Shown piece by piece: positions 22,301 to 32,030 of a stretch of 64,000 bases of DNA. Positions within the stretch are counted from its first letter, which is position 1. Every line of letters begins with the position of its first letter. Below the pieces are notes generated by a model that was not told the origin of the DNA, did no database searches, and worked only from the letters and a program-made list of their open reading frames with translations. The DNA is from an uncultured delta proteobacterium (GTDB lineage: Bacteria; Desulfobacterota; Binatia; UBA9968). The DNA lies in assembly GCA_963816145.1 (NCBI GenBank), contig CAWFJP010000013.1, positions 171,734 to 235,733 on the forward strand, given 5' to 3'. Both the position numbers and the translations under genes were made by a program.

Positions 22301-25300
22301 CAAACAGCAACTTCCGTTGCAGTCTTGATGGTGCTCCGACTTCATCCTGTACAACTCCTCACAGTTACGCTGGGTTAACGAGTGGGAGTCCGATTTTTCG
22401 GTGCAAGCGACGGATGCGTTTGGTCACGTTGACCTGACGCCAGCCGTCTACGCCTGGACCATCGACACGGTCGCGCCCAACACGACATTTACAGGAACGC
22501 CGCCGGCCTTGACAAATGGCACCAGCGTAAGATTTGACTTCGTTTCCACGGAAGCGGGCAGCACCTTCGGCTGCAGTTTAGACGGAGCCGCGTTCAGTAC
22601 CTGTACGAGCCCGACCATTCTCCATGGGCTTGCTGCGGGCAGCCACACTTTCCAAGTTCAGGCGACCGATCAGGCGGGCAACACCGACCCAACACCGGCG
22701 AGTTTCACATTTACAATCGACATAGCGGCGCCAAGCTTGACTAGTTTCATCGTGAATACACCGGCGCTCGACACAACCAACGGGCCGGCCAACGTCAGCA
22801 CGACGTTGACGATGACCGATGATGCATCGGGCGTAAGCACCCCGACTGTAGATATGACTAGCCCAACCGGCTTCTTGAGAAGCGGCAGTTGCGTCCTGTC
22901 CAGCGGGACATTGCTCAATCGGACGTATCAGTGCACGGGGACCCTGCCGCAATACAGCGAGAGCGTCGTATGGCAGTTTTCCGTGCGCTTGAGAGACGTA
23001 GCGGGGAATACGACAACCGTCACCAACGCGCAACTCGTGACCCTAGGATTTACAGCTAGTTTTACTAACGCGAGTCAGCCAGGCATCAATCTGCCAACGC
23101 TGGTCCGTGTCAATGATCCCGCCCTTCCGGCGGGTGTGGATGGTTTCAATTTGACCCGCGACACAACCACAGGGCTGGAGTGGCTGGACCTAACGCTGAC
23201 AAAGGGGCTATCCTACGACGACATAGCTAGCGGAGCGGGAGGTTTTCTCTCGGCGGGCTTCCGCATCGCCACGACGAGCGAAGTCGCAACTCTTTTCACG
23301 CACGCTGGAGCAACTAACCTCGCGGGAGATTCGTTACCCGCCCAGTTCTCCGCAGCATTTAATCTGATCTCTCTGCTCGGCTGCACCTTTGCTTGCGCCG
23401 GGTCTGCTTCGCAAGGATACATGGATTTCGTCCCCACGAATCCAAGCCAAGCCACGGATGGCTTGGTGCAAACGCTTTCCTCGTCCATCGGCATTTTTAG
23501 GGTTGGCATGGGTCCAACGTTTAAAAATACACGAAGCCCGGATGTGGGAACGTTTCTATACCGTTCAACCAGAGCTCGAAAGATTTACTGGAGTGAAGAC
23601 GACAAGCTCCGACGAGCAAACGTCGACATCCAACCAGGAGAAACCCCCACAACTCGAACCGACATCGAAAATCTGCTTGTCGGGCAGCCAGTGTGCTGCG
23701 GCCGGGCGCTGGCAATCGATGAAACGAATCGCAAGGTTTATTTAGCCACGGCAGCCAACAATTTTGTCGGCATCCAAAGAGCGAATGTCGATATCCCTGC
23801 GGGCCAGACGGCTTCCAATCGCACCGATGTCGAAGTCCTCGTTCCCGGACAGATGTGGGGCATCGCGCTGGACGTAGCTAGCGGGAAAATGTATTGGACC
23901 CAGACCTTCAACGGCAACGTCCGCCGATCCAATCTCAACATTCCCGCGGGCCAGACCGCCAACAATCGGACGGATATCGAAGATCTCGTCGTGGGTGAGT
24001 CGATCAATCGCCGCTACGTCGCCTTGGATAAGACCGCCGGAAAAATGTATTTCGTCGACGGCAATGGCGGGCGCATTCAACGGGCCAATCTAGATGGTTC
24101 CAATCTCGAACACCTGGTCACCGGCCTGTTTTCCTATGAGACCGTTGCGTTAGTGTTGGATCTGCAAGCCGGCAAGTTTTATTTCACTCGCGGAGGCTTC
24201 GGCGGACCGACGAAAATCCAGCGAGCCAATCTCGATGGATCGAGTGTCGAAGACGTCGTGCTACTCTCGGCTCCGCCTTACGGATTGGCCATCGACGCGG
24301 TCAGTGGAAAATTGTACTGGGGCACCGGCGCCCAGGATGGCAACGACAAGATCCAACGGGCAAATCTTCAGATACCCGCTGGACAGACCGCGGCTACACG
24401 CACCGATGTAGAAGACATTGTTACGGGTTTGAATTTCGTTACGGGAATCGCGCTAGAGTTTGCGCCAATCGACACAATAGGGCCGGAGACCACGATTACG
24501 ACCAGTCCAGCTACGTTGACCAATAGTACAACGGCAACCTTTGAATTTACGTCCAACGAGTCAGCGGTACCTTTTGCCTGCAGCCTGGACGGCGGGACGT
24601 TTGCCGCGTGTTCGAGTCCGCAGACCTACACGAACCTTGGAGAAGGCAGTCACAGCTTCCAGGTACGTGGTACGGATCAATTCGGAAATACGGATGCGAC
24701 TCCGGCGAGTTTCAATTGGACCATCGACATCATACCGCCGGAGACCACGATCACGGCCAATCCACCGGCGACTACAACGAGCACGAGCGCCGCGTTTGAA
24801 TTTACGTCGAGCGAGGCGGCGACCTTTGCCTGCAGCCTCGACGGCGCGGCGTTTTCAAACTGCGCCACGCCGCAGAATTATACCGGACTGACCGTTGGCC
24901 CTCACATCTTCCAAGTCCGCGCGATCGACGCGGCCGGCAACTTCGACACCACACCCGCAAGTCACAGTTGGACGATAAACACGCTCGATGTAACGCCGCC
25001 GGAGACGGCGATTACCCTCAAACCCTTGGCGTTGACCGCCAATACAACGGCAAGTTTCAATTTTACGTCGACTGAGACGGGCAGCACTTTTGCCTGCAGC
25101 CTTGACGGCGGCGCGTTCACGGCATGTGCAAGTCCGCAGGCGTACAACGCCCTTGCAAACGGTTCGCATACATTCCAGGTGCGCGCTACCGATGGTGCCG
25201 GTAACACAGACCAGACGCCAGCGAGCTATATATGGACCATTGATACCACGCGTACTGTGGACACCTCGGCACCAGTATTGGCAAGTTTTGTGATTGACAC

Positions 25301-28300
25301 GCCGACGGTGGACACGAGCAGCGGGCCAGCCACCGTACTGGCAACTGCAGTAGTCCAGGATGATTTGTCGGGCGTGAATTTCTTGTCTTGGAATGTGCGA
25401 CTGCAGGGCCAAACTGGCGATGTAGTTGGTGGTCAGTGCTCACTTACGAGTGGAACGGTGTTGGACGGGATATATCGGTGTCCAGGGACTCTGCCTCAAT
25501 TTAGTGCGGTGGGTACGTGGCAAGTCGTTTCAGTGACTGCAAGGGATGCAGTCAACAACCCTCGAATTTATTCTTCAACAGACCTTACGAGCCTTGGATT
25601 CCCCTCCACCTTTATTAACACGGGCCAACAGGACCTTGCGGCACCGGTATTGGCAAGTTTTGTGATTGACACGCCGACGGTGGACACGAGCAGCGGGCCG
25701 GCTACCGTACTGGCAACTGCAGTAGTCCAGGATGATTTGTCGGGCGTGAATTTCTTGTCTTGGAATGTGCGACTGCAGGGCCAAACTGGGGATGTAGTTG
25801 GCGGTCAGTGCTCACTTACGAGTGGAACGGTGTTGGACGGGATATATCGGTGTCCAGTGACTCTGCCACAATTTAGTGCGGTGGGTACGTGGCAAGTCGT
25901 TTCAGTGACTGCAAGGGATGCAGTCAACAACCCTCGAATTTATTCTTCAACAGACCTTACGAGCCTTGGATTCCCCTCCACCTTCGTTAACGATCCTGTA
26001 ACCGGGAGTCAGCTTGTGACAGTGCTGCACTCGATTTACGGGCAGTGGCGCGAGCGGTACAGGGGGGGCCCCTGGCGCCAGTTTAATTCAAGGTAGCGAC
26101 GGAAACTTTTACGGCACGACGGAAGGGGGCGGGGCGAATAATCTCGGCACGATCTTTCGAATGGACGGGAACGGTAACGTGACGGTGTCGCACTCGTTTA
26201 CGGGCAGCGGCGCAAGCGGTACTGGGAGTGATCCCTTTGCCGGTTTGCTGCAAAGTAACGACGGTAACTTATACGGCACGACGAGCAGCGGCGGCGCGAA
26301 TGACTTCGGCACGATTTTCCGCATGGACGGGAACGGCAACGTGACGGTCCTGCATTCCTTTACGGGCAGTGGCGCAAGCGGTACAGGGCGTGTCCCTGAG
26401 GCCAGTTTAATTCAGGGCAGCGATGGCAACTTCTACGGTACGGCAGCCCTCGGCGGCGCGAATGACTTCGGCACGATTTTCCGCATGGACGGGAACGGCA
26501 ACGTGATGGTCCTGGCATTCCTTTTCGGGCAGCGGCGCAAGCGGTACAGGGAGTGTCCCTGAGGCCAGTTTAATTCAGGGCAGCGACGGCAACTTCTACG
26601 GCACGACGAGCAGCGGCGGCGCGAATGACTTCGGCACGATTTTCCGCATGGACGGCAGCGGTAATGTAACGGTGCTGCACTCGTTTTCGGGCAGCGGCGC
26701 GACTGCAACCGGGATGGGTCCCGTTGCCAGTTTGCTCCAAGGAAACGACGGTAACTTCTACGGCACGACGAGCGGCGGTGGTGCGAATGCCTTCGGCACG
26801 ATCTTTCGTATGGACGGTAGCGGGAATGTGACAGTGCTGCATTCGTTTACGGGCAGCGGGTCAAGTGGCACGGGAGGAGGAACTTCTGCAGGCTTGATCC
26901 AGGGCAGCGACAGTAACTTTTACGGCACGGCAAGACTCGGCGGTGCGAATAACTTAGGCACGATTTTCCGCATGGAGGGTAGCGGGAACGTAACTGTGCG
27001 GCACTCGTTTATCGGCAGCGGGACAAGCGGCGTCGGCTGGTATCCCCGAGCCAGCTTAATCCAGGGCAGTGACGGTAACCTCTATGGGACAGTGCAAGCT
27101 GGCGGGGCCAATAACTATGGAACGATCTTCCGTGTAAACCTCTCTCTGCCGTCCGACGGTATGGCGCCCCAAACGACAATCCTTACAAATCCTCCGGCGC
27201 TGACCAACAGCACTGCCGCGACGTTCACATTTAGCTCCACCGAGGTAGGTACGTTCGAATGCAAACTGGACGGCGGAGCCTTTGCACTATGCGGCAGTCC
27301 ACAGACTTACAATGGTCTGACGGACGGTAACCATAGTTTCCAGGTGCGTGCCAAAGACTTGGCGAACAACACCGACCCGACACCGGCAACTTTCAGTTGG
27401 ACCATCGACATCGTACCGCCGGACACGACGATCACGGCTAATCCACCGGCGACCACGAACAGTACCAGCGCGACGTTTGAGTTCACGTCCACCGAGGTTG
27501 GGAGTACGTTTGCCTGCAACTTGGACAGTGCCGGGTTCACGACTTGCGTGAGTCCGCAGGCCTACAATAACTTGGCAAACGGAAACCACACGTTCCAGGT
27601 ACGTGCGATCGACGGCGCGGGAAATTTCGATACCACACCGGCGAGTTACACTTGGACGATCACGACGGCGGATATCACTCCGCCTGAAACAACCATCACC
27701 GGGAGTCCGGCGGCGGTGACGACCGCGACCGGCGCGAGCTTTACGTTCACGTCGAGCGAACCGGGGAGCACGTTCCAGTGCCGGTTGGATGCCGTGCCGT
27801 TTGCGGCTTGCACGAGTCCGCGAAACTTTACGGGACTGGCGGTTGGATCGCATACCTTCGAGGTGCGAGCCACGGACGCGGTGAACAATACCGATCCGTC
27901 GCCGGCCAGTTTTACCTGGGTGATCGACCGGACGGCACCGAATACGACGATCACGTCCGGGCCACCGTCGCCGACCAATCAGACCAGCGCGACTTTCACC
28001 TTCGAGTCTAACGACGCGGGCAGCACCTTTCAGTGCCGCCTCGATACGCCGACCTGGACGCCGTGTACGAGTCCGATCAGTTACAGCGTGTTGGCGGCGG
28101 GCGGGCATACGTTCCGCGTGCGCGCCATCGACCCGGCGGGCAACACCGACGGTAGTCCGGCGGTGTTTAGCTGGACGATCGATCTGACCGCGCCAAACAC
28201 GACGATCACGAACCCTCGTCCGACGGATCCAAGCAACAGCCCGACGGCGACGTTCACCTTCACGGGGAGCGTGGCCAATAGCACGTTTGCATGCAGTCTG

Positions 28301-29206
28301 GATACTGCACCGTTTGCGCCGTGCTCATCGCCGGTGACATACAACGGCTTGGCGGACGGTAGCCACAGCTTCCAGGTGCAGGCGACGGACCCGGCGGGCA
28401 ATCCCGATCCGACACCGGCCGTGTTCAACTGGACCGTGGACACCGTCGCGCCGGATACCACGATCACGGGCAACCCGCCGGCGTTATCGAACAGCGGTAG
28501 CGCGAGCTTCACCTTCAGCGCGAATGACATTGGAGCGACTTTCCAATGCAGCCTAGACGGCGCGGCGTTTACCAACTGCAATAGCCCGCGCAATTACACG
28601 GGACTGGTGGATGGAGTGCACACTTTCCAAGTGCGCGCACGGGACCTTGCGGGCAACGTCGATCCAAGTCCAGCGAGCTATAGCTGGACGGTGGACCGCA
28701 CCGACCCGATCGCGACGATTACGTCGGGCCCGCCGACACCGACCAACGTGACGACGGCGACCCTAGCTTTTACGGCGGACGACCCCGCGGCGACTTTCGA
28801 GTGCCGCTTGGACGGAGCCGCCTTCGCGACCTGCACGAGCCCGATCAATCTGTCCGGGTTGTCCAACGGCAATCGCAACTTCCGCGTGCGGGCCATCGAT
28901 GCGGCAGGAAACGTCGGGCCCGTCGCCCTGTACACCTGGACTGTCGATACCACGCCGCCCAACACCAGCATCACGGGAAATCCGGGGACGGTGACGACCA
29001 GTACCACGGCAACGTTCACGTTTGCGGCGAATCAGGCGGGTAGCACCTTTGAGTGCAACGTCGACAATGCTGGATTTACGAGCTGTTCGAGTCCGGCGAC
29101 GTTCAATGGGTTCGCGATCGGTGGCCACAACTTCCAGGTGCGGGCGACCGATCCGGCGGGAAACACCGACGCCACGCCGGCGATCTTCAACTGGACGATA
29201 CAATGA
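19381..29206 (+). CDS. Giant (~3270 aa) exported repeat protein split by three single-base frameshifts: GloVer-like choice-of-anchor repeats (DGxLYGTT..GG...GTIF), many Ig-like PDTTI/FQVRA repeats, YWTD-type propeller
   Basis: ORFs 19336-22437, 22401-26096, 26161-26562 and 26648-29206 join across indels near 22395 (T-run), 26034 and 26514, each inside a repeat unit. Signal peptide follows the ATG at 19381. Confidence 0.82.
25269..25984 (+). repeat. Near-identical tandem duplication, 372-bp period
   Basis: gcacc(a/g)gtattggcaagttttgtg starts at 25269 and 25641; the following ~345 bp differ at only a few positions. Confidence 0.92.
26010..27130 (+). repeat. About six 180-bp (60-aa) tandem repeats
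   Basis: Unit VTVLHSF.GSG.SG.G..P.A.L.Q..DGN.YGT...GGAN..GTIFRM repeats with high nucleotide identity. Confidence 0.88.
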
Positions 29207-29314
29207 GGAGGATTCGTTAAACCTCTCAAGGAAGGCAAAGCCGAGAGGGTGGTTTTTGCCTCGAGACCGGCGGAGGAGTCACCGAAACTTGCAATACGAT
29301 TGAGCAGAAGAGTG

Positions 29315-29353
29315 CGAAAGGCCGGCGGCGATTAAGTCTCTGCCGGCCTTTCG
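29315..29353 (+). terminator. Hairpin after the giant gene
   Basis: Perfect 12-bp inverted repeat cgaaaggccggc / gccggcctttcg; weak U-tract. Confidence 0.45.
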
Positions 29354-29405
29354 ATTATTGGGGGCTTTTTTGAGTCATATGATTGTGTTAGGGAGGGAAT
29401 AATCC

Positions 29406-30101
29406 ATGGCTGCAGACGAACAAGAGATCGCAGAGATTTTGCGCCGACTATCGAACCGGTCACAGACGACGACTGATCGGCAGGATTGTCCCGATGAGGA
29501 ATCCCTGGCGCTGTTCCTGGCGGGAAATTTGCCGGAAAGTCGGCGTAGCGAGGTGGAGGCCCATCTGGCGCGCTGTGCATTTTGTCTCGATGACGTGGTC
29601 GCCGCATACCAGTCCGGCGAGCTGACTGCCGGCGAAAATGTGCCGCGTCGACTCATGGCCCGGGCGATGGCGCTGATTCCGGGAAGGGAAGCTATTCTCG
29701 ATCTCGCGGTGCGCTTGGTCAAAGATTCCATCGAGCTTGTGAGCACGTCGGCCCGGCTCGTAACGGCGCCGAGCCCCGTAGTTCGAGGTGAACCTGCGCC
29801 GGAGGTTGGGAACTCGCTTCAAGTCGAGCAGGCAGTCGGCCGGTTCAGGGTCGCCGTCGAGCTCGACTTGAGCGACGCGGGCCTGTGCCAAGTCATCGCC
29901 AACGTTACCGAGGAGTCGGGAACGCCCGCCGAGGGGGTGCGTCTGAGCTTGAGTTCGGGGGAGCGCGAACAGGCTTCCTTTTTGACCCGCGCTGGTGTAG
30001 TGGTCTTTGACCGGATATCGCCCGGTGAATATAGCATCGCTGTTTCCGAGTCCGGCAGCGTCGTAGGAAGGATCAGATTGAACTTGATGTTGGAAAGATA
30101 A
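29406..30101 (+). CDS. Soluble zf-HC2 anti-sigma-like protein with C-terminal beta-sandwich (carboxypeptidase-regulatory-like) domain
   Basis: CPDEESLALF...HLARCAFC ZAS motif; no hydrophobic TM segment; C-terminus ...GVVVFDRISPGEYSI. Confidence 0.82.
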   Translation: MAADEQEIAEILRRLSNRSQTTTDRQDCPDEESLALFLAGNLPESRRSEVEAHLARCAFCLDDVVAAYQSGELTAGENVPRRLMARAMALIPGREAILDLAVRLVKDSIELVSTSARLVTAPSPVVRGEPAPEVGNSLQVEQAVGRFRVAVELDLSDAGLCQVIANVTEESGTPAEGVRLSLSSGEREQASFLTRAGVVVFDRISPGEYSIAVSESGSVVGRIRLNLMLER

Positions 30102-30146
30102 ACACGCAAATCGGCTTCCCGTATCTCTTGCTAAGTCACTGGCATT

Positions 30147-32006
30147 ATGATGGACGAAGCGCTCACTCTCGATTGCGCCCGCGAGCAGCAGAGACTGAAG
30201 GTCAGCTGCTCGGACGGCCCTGAAAAGGCCCTCCGCCCCTATGAAATACATGAGGTGGATTGGCAACAGGCCGAGCGCAGTTGCCGGGAAATCCTGAACC
30301 TCCTTCAGCGCGCCAACGGCAGCGCTAAAATCAACGCCGAGATCGTCAATAACCTCAAGAAATCCGGCCACCTCCTTTTCGATCTGCTCGTCCCGCCGCA
30401 AGCCAAGGTGAAACTCGCCGACGCCAGCGCGACGGTTCTCACGCTCCGTTTGGACGACAGCTTGGTTCACCTACCCTGGGAATTGCTCCACGACGGGCGG
30501 GAGTTTTTTTGCCGGCGCTTCGCGATGGGCCGGATCGCCAGCACCCGCCAGACACCGACCGCGCGGGCGGTGCGAGCGCCGCGAGCGCCCTTCAAAGTCC
30601 TGATCATCGCCGATCCCCGCGGCGATCTCGAAGCTTGTTATCGCGAAGGAATGGCCATCAAGGCTTTTCTCGATTGCAAACGCGATATTTTTCACGTCGA
30701 CTTCAAAAGCTGTCCAGCCGACATCGCCTTCGTGAAAAAAAATCTGCGCGACTACGACCTCGTTCACTATGCCGGGCATGCGACCTATGACGCGCTGGAC
30801 CCCTCGGAAGGCGGTTGGCTCTTGAGCGACGGCACCCTCAAGGCCGGCGACATCGCCGCGATGGGCGGGCACCAGCCCATGCCCGCCTTGGTGTTCTCGA
30901 ACGCCTGCCAGAGCGGGCAGACGGACGGTTGGATGGTTGGCGATCAAGAGCAACGGGTATTTGGCCTCGCCAATGCCTTTCTGCTCGCCGGCGTGCAACA
31001 TTACATCGGCACCTTCTGGGAAACCGTCGACGAGCCCAGCGCTCATTTTGCCAGGCGATTCTACTCCGCGATTGCGGGCGGAAAGAGCATCGGCTCATCC
31101 CTCCGTGACGCCCGACAAGCGCCCCTCGGCAGCGGTGAAACTGAAAGCCTCGCCTGGGCCAACTACATGTTATACGGCGATCCGGTTCGCAGGTTTGATG
31201 CCGGTGACGAGACTTCGGAAGGGACGTTCCCGGAGCGAAATTTCGGACCGTGGACGCTGGCCGCAAAGGCGCGGCGCGCGCCGTTGTTTCCAACGGCAAT
31301 AGGCGCGTTGCTGCTTACCGGAGTCTACCTGGCGTATTCCGAGTACTATTCGCCACCATCGGCCGCGATCTCGAACCTCGCGGCACGATCCGATGGGCAA
31401 TCGGCGATGAACGCGTCGATGGTCGATCCGGCTCCAGCAGCCGCGCCGCTCAGTCTCAACGTCAACATCATCGGTCAAAGAAAAGAACCCGATGGCAGCT
31501 ACACCGAAGTGATCGTGCGGGAAGGCAGCGTGCTTCAATCCCGTGATCATTTCCAGGTGCACGTGGAGACCAATAAATCCTCGCATGTGTACGTGCTGCT
31601 GTTCGACAGTCAAGGCCAGGCGACACAGCTCTTTCCCGATCCCAAGATCGATCATTCGGGTTTTCTCGACGGTCGACGGAAGATCGCCGTTCCGGACAAG
31701 GAATTGTGGTTTTGGCTGGATGAGAATCCCGGCACAGAGACGGTCTATGTGCTCGCTTCCGAAGAGCCGATGTCGGATATCCGCGGGCTGCTGAGCAAAA
31801 TGGACAAGGCGGGCAACGCCGAACGCAAGCGTCTCTCGGGTCAGATCAGACAGCAGATCCAGATCGTCGAACGCGGAGTCGGCGGAGTCGCTAAGGGGAA
31901 AACCGTGAGCTATCCGCTGAGCGACGGCAAGCTCGTGCAAAAAGTAACCGACGTGGTCGCCGGTTCGGGCGCCGTGGTGCGAGCGATTAGTTTCGAGCAT
32001 AGATAA
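30147..32006 (+). CDS. CHAT (caspase-like) protease - TM - DUF4384-like protein
   Basis: LPWELLHDG, VHYAGHA (His), FSNACQSG (Cys), WANYMLYGD; TM AIGALLLTGVYLAYS; C-domain HVYVLLFDSQG..QLFP..WFWLDENPGTETVY. Confidence 0.88.
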   Translation: MMDEALTLDCAREQQRLKVSCSDGPEKALRPYEIHEVDWQQAERSCREILNLLQRANGSAKINAEIVNNLKKSGHLLFDLLVPPQAKVKLADASATVLTLRLDDSLVHLPWELLHDGREFFCRRFAMGRIASTRQTPTARAVRAPRAPFKVLIIADPRGDLEACYREGMAIKAFLDCKRDIFHVDFKSCPADIAFVKKNLRDYDLVHYAGHATYDALDPSEGGWLLSDGTLKAGDIAAMGGHQPMPALVFSNACQSGQTDGWMVGDQEQRVFGLANAFLLAGVQHYIGTFWETVDEPSAHFARRFYSAIAGGKSIGSSLRDARQAPLGSGETESLAWANYMLYGDPVRRFDAGDETSEGTFPERNFGPWTLAAKARRAPLFPTAIGALLLTGVYLAYSEYYSPPSAAISNLAARSDGQSAMNASMVDPAPAAAPLSLNVNIIGQRKEPDGSYTEVIVREGSVLQSRDHFQVHVETNKSSHVYVLLFDSQGQATQLFPDPKIDHSGFLDGRRKIAVPDKELWFWLDENPGTETVYVLASEEPMSDIRGLLSKMDKAGNAERKRLSGQIRQQIQIVERGVGGVAKGKTVSYPLSDGKLVQKVTDVVAGSGAVVRAISFEHR

Positions 32007-32030
32007 AGTTCGGCACATCCTTACCTCCGA

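Noticed and set aside
25269-27130. CRISPR array or DGR template/variable repeat pair
   Set aside because: Repeats are in-frame coding units without unique spacers; differences are not adenine-specific and no reverse transcriptase is present.
29460-32018. Long minus-strand ORFs (336, 282 aa)
   Set aside because: Antisense to well-supported anti-sigma and CHAT genes; no motifs.
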